A stretch of DNA of 64,000 nucleotides from an uncultured Gammaproteobacteria bacterium. Its GTDB lineage: Bacteria; Patescibacteriota; Microgenomatia; Daviesbacterales; UBA10151. Each line of letters opens with the position of its first letter. The stretch's first letter is position 1. The DNA lies in the NCBI GenBank assembly GCA_964362195.1, contig CAYICZ010000002.1, positions 63-64,062 of the forward strand, given 5' to 3'. Below, piece after piece: positions 1 to 9,888 of this stretch. The notes under the pieces were generated by a model, which saw only the letters and a program-made list of their open reading frames with translations, ran no database searches and had not been told where the DNA came from. Position numbers and translations under genes: made by a program.

Positions 1-2
1 AT

Positions 3-2354
3 TCTGCTGATCTAAAAATAGAATGTGAAGATGCAAAGGTTTCATACAATAAAAAATCAGAAACAGTTAGTTTAACTTATATAAAACCAATTCCGGCCGG
101 TAAGCACAATCTAAAGCTTAAGTTTAGCGGATTTTTAAATGATAAGATGAGAGGATTTTATAGGAGCAAGTATGGAGATAATCAGCATTTGGCCACTACC
201 CAGTTTGAATCAACAGATGCCCGCCGTGCCTTTCCTTCTTTTGATGAGCCTGCCCAAAAAGCCATTTTTGACGTGACTTTAATGATTCCCCCCGGAAAGA
301 TGGCTATCTCAAATACCATTGAATCAGAAGTTTTGGAACATGAGAGTGGTTATCAAATTGTTCAGTTTGCCCCGACTCCTAAAATGAGCACCTATCTTTT
401 AGCTTTTATTGTGGGGGATTTTGAATATATTGAGGGTAAAAGTGAGGATGGAACAGTAGTTAGGGTTTTTACCACTCCCGGTAAAAAGGATCAGGCTAAA
501 TTTGCCCTGGAGGTTGCCAAAAAATGCATGGATTTTTATGAGAGGTATTTTGGCATAGATTATCCTTTGCCTGTTTTGGATATGATTGCCATCCCGGATT
601 TTGCAGCCGGGGCCATGGAAAATTGGGGAGCTGTGACTTACAGAGAATCAACCTTGTTGGTGGATGAGGAAAAAACATCTTCACAAAATAAACAATGGGT
701 AGCCATGGTAATTGCCCATGAGCTGGCCCACCAGTGGTTTGGCAATTTGGTAACCATGGAGTGGTGGACCCATCTTTGGTTAAACGAGGGTTTTGCCTCA
801 TTTATAGAATATTTAGCCATAGATCATATCTTTCCGGAGTGGGATATCTGGACCCAATTTGTGGCAAATGAAATGGGAGTAGCGCTGTCTTTGGATGCTT
901 TGAACAATACTCACCCCATTGAGGTAGAAGTAGGGCATCCGGCAGAAATATCTGAAATTTTTGACCGGGTTTCTTATTCCAAAGGGGCCTCAGTCTTGCG
1001 AATGCTCTGGAAGTATTTAGGGGAAGAGGATTTTCAAAAAGGATTGCAACATTATTTAAAAAAGCATGCGTATGGAAATGCCCAAACAGGGGATTTATGG
1101 AAAGCATTATCAGAAGTTTCTGGTAAAAATGTAGGTAAAATTATGGCTAACTGGACTGGGAAGGCTGGACATCCTCTGGTTAGGGTACAGGAGACAGGCA
1201 ACAGGCTACAGTTAACACAATCCAGATTTTTTTCAAGCCCAATTTCCAAAAAACAAACCCATGACAATACTATTTGGTCGATTCCAATAAATGGGTTTTT
1301 GATGGGCAAAAAGTCCATGATAGTTAAAGGAGATGGAAAACTAAATAAAGGAGAAGTAAGTTTGGTCAGAGTTGATTATCCGCATGAATATTTGAAAAAA
1401 TTAGAATCAAAGATTAGTCAGCTCTCTGCTCCAGACAGGTTAGGATTAATAAGAGATAGTTTTGATCTTGCCCAATCCGAAAATTCACCTACATCATTAG
1501 CATTAGAATTGGCACAAAGTTATAAGGAAGAGGAAGATTATACTGTTTGGAGTTCTTTAACAAGTCACTTGAGCCAGCTAGATTCACTTTTGGCTTATGA
1601 AAGTTTTTATGATGATTTCAGAAATTATGGAAAACAGATTTATTCCGGGATAGCTCTAAAAATGGGATGGGAAAAGAAAGCAGGAGAAAAACACACAGAT
1701 TCTTTGCTTCGTGGAATGGTTTTAAATATGCTGGGTTTTCTCGGAGATGAAAAAACCATTAAAAAAGCTCAATCTTTATTTGGTAAAAGAGTGGATCCTG
1801 ATTTAAAAGGTGTAGTTTATAACCTGGTGGCAGAAAATGGGGGAAAAAATGAGTGGAATACTTTAGTTAAGATGTATAAAGAAGAGGATAACCAGCAGGA
1901 AAGAGACAGATTAGGCAGATCCTTGGGTAAATTTTCGTCCAAAGGACGACCAGACTCTGGCTGGAAATCTAAAAAATTGCTTAATAAAACTCTCGCATTT
2001 TCTATCAGTAAGCATGTCAGGTTTCAAAATACTTTGGGGATAATAGCTTCTGTTTGGCATAATCCGGAAGGCAGATATTTAGCCTGGGAATTTGTCAAGT
2101 CTAATTGGAAAATGCTAAAAGAGCGATATGCCGGCGGGCATTATTTCACCAGAGTCTTCACTCCGGCAGGGGAGTTTACAAAATTAACTGATGCCAAAGA
2201 TATAGAAAAATTTGTCAAGAAAAATCCCGTCCCGGAGGCCAAAAGAACTATAGCCCAAGCTCTAGAACAAATTTATTCTAATGTGGAATGGTTAAAAAGG
2301 GATAGGGAAGGAATTAAGAAATTTTTAGAAAAATTTAAGCTCAAGGAGAGTTAA
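3..2354 (+). CDS. pepN: M1-family aminopeptidase N (5' end lies upstream of the window)
   Basis: TQFESTDARRAFP, GAMEN and HELAH-x18-E motifs; the frame is open from position 3 to the ORF-track ATG at 147. Confidence 0.93.
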   Translation, partial: SADLKIECEDAKVSYNKKSETVSLTYIKPIPAGKHNLKLKFSGFLNDKMRGFYRSKYGDNQHLATTQFESTDARRAFPSFDEPAQKAIFDVTLMIPPGKMAISNTIESEVLEHESGYQIVQFAPTPKMSTYLLAFIVGDFEYIEGKSEDGTVVRVFTTPGKKDQAKFALEVAKKCMDFYERYFGIDYPLPVLDMIAIPDFAAGAMENWGAVTYRESTLLVDEEKTSSQNKQWVAMVIAHELAHQWFGNLVTMEWWTHLWLNEGFASFIEYLAIDHIFPEWDIWTQFVANEMGVALSLDALNNTHPIEVEVGHPAEISEIFDRVSYSKGASVLRMLWKYLGEEDFQKGLQHYLKKHAYGNAQTGDLWKALSEVSGKNVGKIMANWTGKAGHPLVRVQETGNRLQLTQSRFFSSPISKKQTHDNTIWSIPINGFLMGKKSMIVKGDGKLNKGEVSLVRVDYPHEYLKKLESKISQLSAPDRLGLIRDSFDLAQSENSPTSLALELAQSYKEEEDYTVWSSLTSHLSQLDSLLAYESFYDDFRNYGKQIYSGIALKMGWEKKAGEKHTDSLLRGMVLNMLGFLGDEKTIKKAQSLFGKRVDPDLKGVVYNLVAENGGKNEWNTLVKMYKEEDNQQERDRLGRSLGKFSSKGRPDSGWKSKKLLNKTLAFSISKHVRFQNTLGIIASVWHNPEGRYLAWEFVKSNWKMLKERYAGGHYFTRVFTPAGEFTKLTDAKDIEKFVKKNPVPEAKRTIAQALEQIYSNVEWLKRDREGIKKFLEKFKLKES
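1184..1211 (+). repeat. Heptamer tandem repeat (nnnACAG x4) inside pepN
   Basis: ggtacag gagacag gcaacag gctacag. Confidence 0.55.
1934..1964 (+). repeat. Double-hairpin element in frame inside pepN
   Basis: tcgtcc-aaa-ggacga followed by ccag-act-ctgg; encodes SSKGRPDSGW. Confidence 0.55.
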
Positions 2355-2377
2355 AAATCCGCAGGTGTAGCTACAAT

Positions 2378-2401
2378 TCCACCCCCGGGGTGGACATTCG
2401 A
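2378..2401 (-). repeat. GC-rich palindrome, near-identical to a copy in murC
   Basis: Reverse complement tcgaatgtccaccccgggggtgga versus 36917-36940 tcgaatggccacccccggggtgga (22/24). Confidence 0.75.
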
Positions 2402-2428
2402 TAAGTAAAAGAATGCCAGATAGAAAAT

Positions 2429-2480
2429 TGTGGGATGGTTAAAAAGGGATAGAACAGGGATTAAGAAGTTTTTTAGAAAA
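2429..2480 (+). repeat. Degenerate duplicate of the pepN 3' end (2282-2332)
   Basis: tgtgggatggttaaaaagggatagaacagggattaagaagttttttagaaaa versus tgtggaatggttaaaaagggatagggaaggaattaagaaatttttagaaaa. Confidence 0.8.
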
Positions 2481-2564
2481 TCTTCGATAAGTTTACTTTA
2501 TTTTTTCTTTAGTTGCTGAAATTGTGCTGCTAAAGCTGTATTCCTGAGATGATCACTAAATCTA

Positions 2565-2963
2565 TTATCTGGTTGGGTTCCCAGGCAATGTAGAAGCAGT
2601 TCTGATTTTTGTCTGCTCTGATGGATCTAGAGCAGTAAAAGCTACTTGTTGAGCTTTGATCCTACCTGATAGGGTTCTTATCTGATCTTCAGGGGGATAG
2701 TTTTCTTTTGAGCCTTTTTTGATATAAACAGTATTTCCATAATCGTCTGAGAATTGAGCAATACTGAATACATCAGAATTTGGATCAATTCCTCCTTCAG
2801 GAGTACGATAAGCTCCATGAACAGAGTCGCGGAATTTAAATTTTTGGGCATACTCCTGATTTTGCTGAGCCATACCCGCTTGACGCTCAGCCCTTCTGGC
2901 TTTAAATCTTTTTACATATTCTGGTGGAAGATTATTTAGTTTATCTATAGGATCTTCAGGCAT
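2565..2963 (-). CDS. Hypothetical protein
   Basis: 132-aa ORF; TGC-TAAAAT lies 6 nt before the ATG. Confidence 0.65.
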   Translation of the reverse strand: MPEDPIDKLNNLPPEYVKRFKARRAERQAGMAQQNQEYAQKFKFRDSVHGAYRTPEGGIDPNSDVFSIAQFSDDYGNTVYIKKGSKENYPPEDQIRTLSGRIKAQQVAFTALDPSEQTKIRTASTLPGNPTR

Positions 2964-3003
2964 ACTCTTATTTTAGCATATTTTATGGTAAAATTCATGG
3001 ATT

Positions 3004-3567
3004 ATGGCTGGAAATGTTAATGAACTTCGAAATGGTGCTTTTATAAAAGAAGGCAAAGATATTTTTTTGGTGGTTACTTATGAGCATATGAAAACCGGAC
3101 GGGGGTCCGGCAATATTAAGCTTAAAGTTAGAAATCTTCGCACAGGTGCTGTAGTTGAGAAATCATATATAACCGGAGCAAAAGTAGAAGAGGCTAATGT
3201 AGATAAGAAAAAAGCCCAATTTTTATACTGGGACGCGGATATTTACTCTTTTATGGATCCTGTATCTTTTGAACAGTTTAGCGTCTCTTCTCAAGTTTTA
3301 GGAGATCAAATAAAATATTTAAAAGATGGACTTGATGTGATTTTAATTGTTTTAGACGAAGAAGTATTGGGTTTGGAGTTGCCAATGAGCTTGGTTTATA
3401 CCATTGTTGAAACAGGTCCAGGCGAAAAAGGTAATACTGTGTCAAATGTTTACAAAGATGCTACACTAGATAATGGATTGGTTGTTAAAGTTCCCCTGTT
3501 TATGGATGCTGGGGAAAAGGTTAAAATAGATACCAGATCAGGAGAATATGTGGAGAGAGTAAAATGA
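3004..3567 (+). CDS. efp: Elongation factor P
   Basis: KTGRGSG loop, GEKGNT and KVPLF...DTRSGEYVER motifs. Confidence 0.95.
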   Translation: MAGNVNELRNGAFIKEGKDIFLVVTYEHMKTGRGSGNIKLKVRNLRTGAVVEKSYITGAKVEEANVDKKKAQFLYWDADIYSFMDPVSFEQFSVSSQVLGDQIKYLKDGLDVILIVLDEEVLGLELPMSLVYTIVETGPGEKGNTVSNVYKDATLDNGLVVKVPLFMDAGEKVKIDTRSGEYVERVK

Positions 3568-4451
3568 CAAAGAAAATAACTAAGGTGTTAATCCCTGCAG
3601 CCGGATTTGGGACACGGTTTTTACCCCAAACCAAGGCCATGCCCAAGGAGATGTTGCCGATTGTAGACAAGCCTGTAATTCAATATGTAGTTGAAGAAAT
3701 TGTGGCCTCCGGTATAGAAAACATAATTATTGTTACAGGCGCAACCAAGCGGGCAATTGAGGATCACTTTGATGAGCCATCTGAGGATCTGGTACAAAAT
3801 TTAAAAAACGGCAATAAAACTAAAGCTCTGGAACAAATAGAGCATATTTCAAATATGGCAAATTTTATTTATGTCAGGCAAAAAGGGCCTTATGGCAATG
3901 GTACCCCTGTTTTATCCGGTGAGTCAGTGATTGAAGATGAGCCTTTTGCCGTGATTTGGGGAGATGAGTTTATTTTGTCAGAACCTCCAAGACTTAAACA
4001 AATGATTGATGTATATGAAAAGTATGGGGGAATGGTAGTCTCTGGTGTCAGAATAGAAAATAAAGAAGATTTAAGAAGATACGGGGTAATGGATTTAGAG
4101 CCGGTTGAAGGAAATGTCTATAAAGTAAAAAGTATTGTGGAAAAGCCGCAACCTGGCGAGGCACCTTCCAATCTGGCTGCAATTGGAGCTTATATTTTGC
4201 CTCCGGAAATTTTTGAAGCGCTTAAAAGTATAAAGCCTGGTAAAGGAGGAGAGCTCTGGTTGGTTGATGCTATAAATCTACTACAAGAAAAGGGGATTCC
4301 TTTATATACTGTAGAAATTGAGAATGGCAAATATTATGATACGGGAAATAAGCTGGAATATATGAAAACTGTGGTGGATTTGGCAAGAGTTCACCCTGAA
4401 ATAGGCAGCGATTTTGAAAAATACTTAAAAGAGTTAATGAACAAATCTTAA
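3564..4451 (+). CDS. galU: UTP-glucose-1-phosphate uridylyltransferase
   Basis: PAAGFGTRFLPQTKAMPKEMLP, VEKP and YDTG motifs. Confidence 0.9.
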   Translation: MTKKITKVLIPAAGFGTRFLPQTKAMPKEMLPIVDKPVIQYVVEEIVASGIENIIIVTGATKRAIEDHFDEPSEDLVQNLKNGNKTKALEQIEHISNMANFIYVRQKGPYGNGTPVLSGESVIEDEPFAVIWGDEFILSEPPRLKQMIDVYEKYGGMVVSGVRIENKEDLRRYGVMDLEPVEGNVYKVKSIVEKPQPGEAPSNLAAIGAYILPPEIFEALKSIKPGKGGELWLVDAINLLQEKGIPLYTVEIENGKYYDTGNKLEYMKTVVDLARVHPEIGSDFEKYLKELMNKS

Positions 4452-4886
4452 AGCAATAACTATTCCGCCAACAGTTACTGCCTGAGTTAAAATTCCCCAT
4501 GGCAGAAAAGCTAGTTTGGCATGTTTTTGAATTTTATGTTGAAATTGGTAGGCAGTGGAAAATGGTGGAAATTTCCAGTTAAACAAAAGATAGGGCATCA
4601 TTAAAATGTCCCAGATTTCAGAAAAAAAGATACAGGATAAAAGATAAATAGGATCTACATTTTTACCAAAGATAAAAAAAGCTAACAGTATTCCTACTAC
4701 CAAATCTAAAACAGATTCGGCGAAGAGAGTAATTTTATTTTTGCCTCTCCAGCCTAACCCAAGATCCCAATGAGGGATCATATCTAAAAGAGGGTGAGAG
4801 AGCGCAGCCAAAGGTAGAGCGATTGCAGGATTTGAAATAGAGGCTGCTATTGCGCCACCGACTAGCGCGTGTGCTGTTGCTGTCAT
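4434..4886 (-). CDS. Membrane protein, putative metal-dependent hydrolase
   Basis: TAHALVG and SHPLLDMIPHWD His/Asp motifs plus TM helices; start moved to MTATAH. Confidence 0.65.
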   Translation of the reverse strand: MTATAHALVGGAIAASISNPAIALPLAALSHPLLDMIPHWDLGLGWRGKNKITLFAESVLDLVVGILLAFFIFGKNVDPIYLLSCIFFSEIWDILMMPYLLFNWKFPPFSTAYQFQHKIQKHAKLAFLPWGILTQAVTVGGIVIALRFVH

Positions 4887-4957
4887 AAATGAGATAATAA
4901 GTGTATCACGTTTTGTCAATTTGATTCAACTAACCCTTTATGGTAACCTTCTTGGAT

Positions 4958-5851
4958 ATGTTTCCGGTACTTTTTTCCATTGGCAAATTTTCTGTCTCAT
5001 CTTTTGGAGTTTTTCTATCTCTGGGATTTATTTTTGGAGTCTTTTTAATCTGGAGGTTGTCCCGGGCCTGGGATTTGGATGAGGAAAAAATTCTGGATTT
5101 AACACTTTTAACATTTGTGGGAGGGCTAATTGGCGCAAGGATCTACTTTGGTATTACTCACATAAGTGAGTTTGCATCCAGTCCGCTAAATTTTATCCTT
5201 TTTTTCAAATACCCGGGATTTTCTTTTTGGGGAGGATTTTTAGGTGGTTGGCTTACTATGTATTACTATGCAAGGAGACAAAGAGTAGATTTTTGGCAAA
5301 TTGCAGACATAGCTGCAGTTGGTTTTTTAGGAGGGCTTATTTTATCTGATTTAGGTTGTTTTTTGGGTGGTTGTGGGGCAGGAAGTCAGACGCATTTATT
5401 TTTAGGTGTTCCCATGGTCGGGTTAATTGGCAGAAGATGGCCTGTTCAACTAGTTGAAGCTATTTTACTTGCCTTTATTTTGCGAAATATTTGGAAAAAA
5501 GCAACACATTTTCACCTTAGGGGTAAAATTATCAGTCTTAGTTTAGTTTTAATAGGCTTGGTCAAGTTAATGCTTTTACCTTTTAAACAAATTGCAGGAG
5601 GAGAGTATATTTTCTCAAGCCTTCTGGTTATTTTAGGAATTACTATTTTTTATAGAGTTACAAAGCAAAATATAATAATTGACTTAAAACGCTTTGTTAA
5701 ATTTATCTCAAACAGAAAGTTAGTGTTAGAAGTTTTACAAAAGAGCTGGTATAATCACCAAACGTCCTTTACTTGGAAGTTTAGGAATTTAAAAAAATTA
5801 TTAAGGAGGTTTAATGTTAGATTTTCCATCAAAAACACTAAAATATCTTAA
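4958..5851 (+). CDS. lgt: Prolipoprotein diacylglyceryl transferase family protein
   Basis: GLIGARIY, GFSFWGG, LGCFLGGC and PVQL motifs; polytopic membrane protein. Confidence 0.8.
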   Translation: MFPVLFSIGKFSVSSFGVFLSLGFIFGVFLIWRLSRAWDLDEEKILDLTLLTFVGGLIGARIYFGITHISEFASSPLNFILFFKYPGFSFWGGFLGGWLTMYYYARRQRVDFWQIADIAAVGFLGGLILSDLGCFLGGCGAGSQTHLFLGVPMVGLIGRRWPVQLVEAILLAFILRNIWKKATHFHLRGKIISLSLVLIGLVKLMLLPFKQIAGGEYIFSSLLVILGITIFYRVTKQNIIIDLKRFVKFISNRKLVLEVLQKSWYNHQTSFTWKFRNLKKLLRRFNVRFSIKNTKIS

Positions 5852-6170
5852 AAACCTGTTAGTCAGACAGCAAAGAGAGGTTGAGAAAAATTTAAAAGAA
5901 GTTACGGAAGATGATCCGGCTATGAGTCAAGTGCTGGCTGAAACTTCAGAACCTGGAACAGATTCATCCATTGCAGATTCTCATACCAAAACAGTGGTTG
6001 TTGAAGAGCAACTTAAGAAAGCAAATACCAGCATAAAAGTAGCTCTTTTAAAAATTAGCAAAGGGACTTATGGCAAATGTGAGAAATGTGGTAAACAGAT
6101 AGAAATTGGTAGACTTCTGGCTATGCCCACAGCCCAATATTGTTTATCTGACTCCAAAAAAATTCACTAA
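5814..6170 (+). CDS. TraR/DksA C4-type zinc-finger protein
   Basis: Coiled coil, GTYGKCEKCG...I...RL.AMP.A.YC; SD aggagg upstream. Confidence 0.85.
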   Translation: MLDFPSKTLKYLKNLLVRQQREVEKNLKEVTEDDPAMSQVLAETSEPGTDSSIADSHTKTVVVEEQLKKANTSIKVALLKISKGTYGKCEKCGKQIEIGRLLAMPTAQYCLSDSKKIH

Positions 6171-6198
6171 ATAATAATCTTTAGTGTATAATTTAAAT

Positions 6199-6909
6199 AT
6201 GCCCTTTGATGAAGAATACTTAAAAGATAATTTTGTTTCTGTGGTAGCTCACGAACTTAGAACCCCGATTACTGCTATTAGATCTTATGCCTGGATGGCT
6301 CTTCACAAATCAGATGTACCTTTATCACAAAAACTGGAAAAATACCTGATCAGAATTTTTATTTCCTCAGAAAGATTAATTAATCTGGTTAATAGTATGC
6401 TTAATATCTCACGTATTGAATCAGGCAAGATTGAGATACATCTGGAGAGAGTAGATATAATTTCAATACTTAAAGATACAATTGATGAGGCTTATTATTC
6501 TAAATCTACTGAAAAACAGATCAATATATCACTTTTAGAACAACCCCTACCCAAGGTTTTAGCAGACCCGGAGAAATTAAGAGAAGTATTACTGAATATT
6601 TTAGTGAATGCAATCAAATTTTCATCAAATAGAGGAAAAATTACCGTTAGTTTCTTTACTGATGGTAATGTGATAGAAGTAAGTATTAAGGATGAAGGTC
6701 CGGGAATAAGCAGAGAGGATTTATCCAAGTTATTTAAAAAATTTGGCAAACTGGATAATTCCTACACTGCTGCTACTTCCGGAGGTACAGGTTTAGGACT
6801 ATATATTTCTAAAAGTTTGACGGAGAAGATGAATGGTAAAATTTGGGCTGTCTCAGAGGGCTTAGGTCAAGGGGCAACTTTTGTTTTATCGTTGCCTATT
6901 GCTAAATAA
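6199..6909 (+). CDS. Histidine kinase core (HisKA plus HATPase) with no sensor domain
   Basis: AHELRTP, NAIKF, DEGPGI and GGTGLGL motifs. Confidence 0.9.
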   Translation: MPFDEEYLKDNFVSVVAHELRTPITAIRSYAWMALHKSDVPLSQKLEKYLIRIFISSERLINLVNSMLNISRIESGKIEIHLERVDIISILKDTIDEAYYSKSTEKQINISLLEQPLPKVLADPEKLREVLLNILVNAIKFSSNRGKITVSFFTDGNVIEVSIKDEGPGISREDLSKLFKKFGKLDNSYTAATSGGTGLGLYISKSLTEKMNGKIWAVSEGLGQGATFVLSLPIAK

Positions 6910-6942
6910 ATTATGGATAATCAAAGCAAAAAAATATTAACG

Positions 6943-6959
6943 TCCCGCCATAGGCGGGA
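6943..6959. repeat. GC-rich hairpin with a 3-nt loop
   Basis: tcccgcc-ata-ggcggga. Confidence 0.6.
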
Positions 6960-6981
6960 GGAAAGCAGGCTTTGACATATT

Positions 6982-7359
6982 ATGGCAAAGATTCTTATTG
7001 TTGAGGATGACCAGTTTTTAAGGGAGTTTTACCAGGAGCTTTTAACAGAGGAAGGATATTTAATAGATGCGGCAGCAGATGGGGAAGTTGCGTTGTCTAA
7101 ACTCAAAGATAATGAATATGATTTAGTACTTTTGGATATTATGCTTCCTAAAAAAGACGGCGTACAAATTTTAAGGGATTTAAAAGCTACTCCTGCCAAA
7201 AAGGCAAATGTGACTATTGTTGTTTTAACCAATTTAGGCCAGGATGCAGTTATAAAAGAATGCTTTGATTTAGGGGCAGAAGGATATTTAATCAAATCTG
7301 CTATGAATCCGGATCAGGTGCTTCAGGAGGTTAAAAGCTATCTTCAAAAAACCCCTTAA
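6982..7359 (+). CDS. Stand-alone response regulator receiver
   Basis: KILIVEDD, LLDIMLP, VLTN and YLIK motifs. Confidence 0.92.
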   Translation: MAKILIVEDDQFLREFYQELLTEEGYLIDAAADGEVALSKLKDNEYDLVLLDIMLPKKDGVQILRDLKATPAKKANVTIVVLTNLGQDAVIKECFDLGAEGYLIKSAMNPDQVLQEVKSYLQKTP

Positions 7360-8105
7360 TGAAAGTTATTTTTCAGGATGATGATTTATTAGTTTTAGAC
7401 AAACCGGCAGGATTAGTGGTGGATAAGTCTAATACTCAGCAGGCCGATACTTTAGAGGATATTTTAAAAAAAGATTTTAATATTAAGCTTAAGCGGGGGG
7501 GAATAGTGCATAGATTAGACAAAGATACCTCAGGGGTAATTTTGGTTGCTAAAACCCAAGTTGCGCTGGAAAATCTGCAAGCCCAATTTAAGGAAAGAAA
7601 GACTAAAAAAGAATATCTGGCATTAGTTCATGGATTTGTGGAAAGTCTGGGTAAAGTGGAAGGAAATATTGGCAGGAATCCAATAAAGCGGGGAAAATTT
7701 ACAGTGTTAGATGAAGGGAAGGAGGCTGTGACTGAGTATAGACTGGTTAAGCATTTGACAATGGACAATGGACATTTGACAAATACATTTTCAGATTTAA
7801 ACAAAATTCAAATGAGGAAACTGGAGAGAATGAAATACAATGAATTCACTTTACTCCGCTGTTTCCCAAAAACTGGACGAACACACCAAATTAGGGTACA
7901 TTTAAAATACATCAATCATCCAATAGTTTCAGATGAGATATACGGGGGAAAGAAGATAGTACGGTTGGATCACAGATGGTGCTTGAGGCAATTTTTGCAT
8001 GCTGCTAAAATTGGCTTTTATCATCCTGTTTCAGGTAATTGGACGGAAGTTGAAAGTGAATTGCCTGAGGATTTGAAAGAAGCTTTAAATAAATTGAATG
8101 AATAA
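7359..8105 (+). CDS. RluA/RluD-family pseudouridine synthase
   Basis: DKPAG, HRLDKDTSG, TGRTHQIRVH and LHA motifs. Confidence 0.93.
   Translation: MKVIFQDDDLLVLDKPAGLVVDKSNTQQADTLEDILKKDFNIKLKRGGIVHRLDKDTSGVILVAKTQVALENLQAQFKERKTKKEYLALVHGFVESLGKVEGNIGRNPIKRGKFTVLDEGKEAVTEYRLVKHLTMDNGHLTNTFSDLNKIQMRKLERMKYNEFTLLRCFPKTGRTHQIRVHLKYINHPIVSDEIYGGKKIVRLDHRWCLRQFLHAAKIGFYHPVSGNWTEVESELPEDLKEALNKLNE
7752..7783 (+). repeat. Heptamer repeat inside the pseudouridine synthase gene
   Basis: tgacaat ggacaat ggacatt tgacaaa; encodes HLTMDNGHLT. Confidence 0.6.
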
Positions 8106-9807
8106 TATTTTTATACAACTTGCCATAATTTTAGGTTTATCCTCAGCTTTAGGCTTTGTGGTGGTTAAATTTAAACTGCCACTTTTGATTGCCTATTTAA
8201 TTGTAGGGCTTTTAATTGCAACATCTGCTATTTTTGATCCCAGGGCATCAGATGTTTTACATTTCCTGCCTGAAATAGGAATAGCATTTGTGCTTTTTTT
8301 GGTAGGAATGGAACTTGATCTCAGGGAAATAAAAAGCCTGGGTAAGCCGATCCTTTTAGCAGGAACTGTTCAAATTATTATTACAACTATTGCAGGTTCA
8401 ACTATTGCAAACCTTTTAGGTTTTAGGCAACTGGAATCCTGGTATTTAGGTATAGGGCTTGCTTTTTCCTCAACCATTCTGGTGATTAAACTTTTGATTG
8501 ACAAAAAAGATGTTGGAGCACTTTATGGAAAGTTAGCTGTAGGTATTTTACTCCTGGAGGATCTTTTTGCAGTACTTTTACTGGTTGTTTTAACTGTTTC
8601 TTCATCAGTTTTAGGCTTAGGGTTACAGCAAACATTTCCTGTTATTGCCTTAATATTGAAGGCAGTTTTGCTTTTCGGACCGGTTTTTGTATTTAGCAGA
8701 TTTATTTTACCTGTTGTTTTTAAGACGGTTGCAAGACAAAGCGAGCTGCTTTTCATAACTGCGCTGGCCTGGTGTTTTGTTTACATATCTTTTGCAATTG
8801 TTTTAGGTTTCTCTGTTGTTATCGGGGCATTTTTAGCAGGAGTTGCGCTGGCAAATTCTCCTTTTCATTATCAAATTCAGGGTAAAGTAAAACCTTTAAG
8901 GGAATTTTTTGTAGCATTGTTTTTTGTTTATCTTGGGACACAGGTAGATTTTACTGAGATTGGCAAGATATATCCTTTGATGATCGTTTTCACAAGTTAT
9001 ACATTGATAATTAAGCCTACGATATTTTTACTGCTTTTGGGATCATTTGGGTTCAGAAAACATACAATGTTTCAGACGGCTTTAAGTCTAACCCACATCA
9101 GTGAGTTCTCATTAATCCTAATGCTGGTTGGCTTTGAACTCGGTATTGTCAGCAGGTCAGCTTTGACTGTGATAGCGCTGTCAGCCGTGCTTTCTATGAT
9201 TGTAGCTTCTGTCATGATTACCCATGCCAATAAGCTGTATAAGAAAATTACCAATATATTAAGTTTTTTCGAAAGGAAAAATTTTAAACATTCTCTGGAA
9301 AAGATAGATACCAGAGAGAATTTAAAAGGTTATGTAATAGTAATAGGGGCAAGAAAGGTGGGAGGGGAGATAGTTAAGTTATTAAAAAGGGAGAATATTC
9401 CTCAAATTGTTCTGGATTTTAATCCTCATCAGGTTGAAGTTTTAATAAAAGAAAAAATTCCTGTTTTGTATGGTGATATGGGAGACCCGGAAGTTTTGGA
9501 TGGATTGAACTTAGCAGATGCCAGGATGGTGATTTCTACATCAGCCAGTGTGGATGATAATTTGTTGCTTTTGGAAGAATTAAGGTTGAGGCATATCAAT
9601 ATACCGGTTATTATCAGAGCTGATGAGGCTGATGATGCGGAAGATTTATACAAAGCAGGAGCTGATTTTGTTATCCTGCCGGAAATCATGGCAGGGGATT
9701 TTTTGGTGGAAAAGCTTAAGGATCACTTAAACAGCGGAAATTTCTTCAAAGACCGTAGTAAAACAGAATTAGCACGGTTATCCAAAAAAACATTGGCCTG
9801 GGAATAA
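8098..9807 (+). CDS. Kef-type cation:proton antiporter with a C-terminal TrkA-N/RCK domain
   Basis: CPA2 TM region (SSTILV, LLEDL, GAFLAG, SEF) plus GARKVG...YGD. Confidence 0.9.
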   Translation: MNNIFIQLAIILGLSSALGFVVVKFKLPLLIAYLIVGLLIATSAIFDPRASDVLHFLPEIGIAFVLFLVGMELDLREIKSLGKPILLAGTVQIIITTIAGSTIANLLGFRQLESWYLGIGLAFSSTILVIKLLIDKKDVGALYGKLAVGILLLEDLFAVLLLVVLTVSSSVLGLGLQQTFPVIALILKAVLLFGPVFVFSRFILPVVFKTVARQSELLFITALAWCFVYISFAIVLGFSVVIGAFLAGVALANSPFHYQIQGKVKPLREFFVALFFVYLGTQVDFTEIGKIYPLMIVFTSYTLIIKPTIFLLLLGSFGFRKHTMFQTALSLTHISEFSLILMLVGFELGIVSRSALTVIALSAVLSMIVASVMITHANKLYKKITNILSFFERKNFKHSLEKIDTRENLKGYVIVIGARKVGGEIVKLLKRENIPQIVLDFNPHQVEVLIKEKIPVLYGDMGDPEVLDGLNLADARMVISTSASVDDNLLLLEELRLRHINIPVIIRADEADDAEDLYKAGADFVILPEIMAGDFLVEKLKDHLNSGNFFKDRSKTELARLSKKTLAWE

Positions 9808-9888
9808 ATATTTAAATTTTCTTGACTTCGGGTTAAATTTGGGGTAATGTAAATTAATGGATACAAATAGCACTATACCCTGAAGATA

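Noticed and set aside
2282-2480. pepN 3' end and its copy as a DGR variable/template repeat pair
   Set aside because: Mismatches run in both directions rather than only at template adenines, there is an indel, and no reverse transcriptase is in the window
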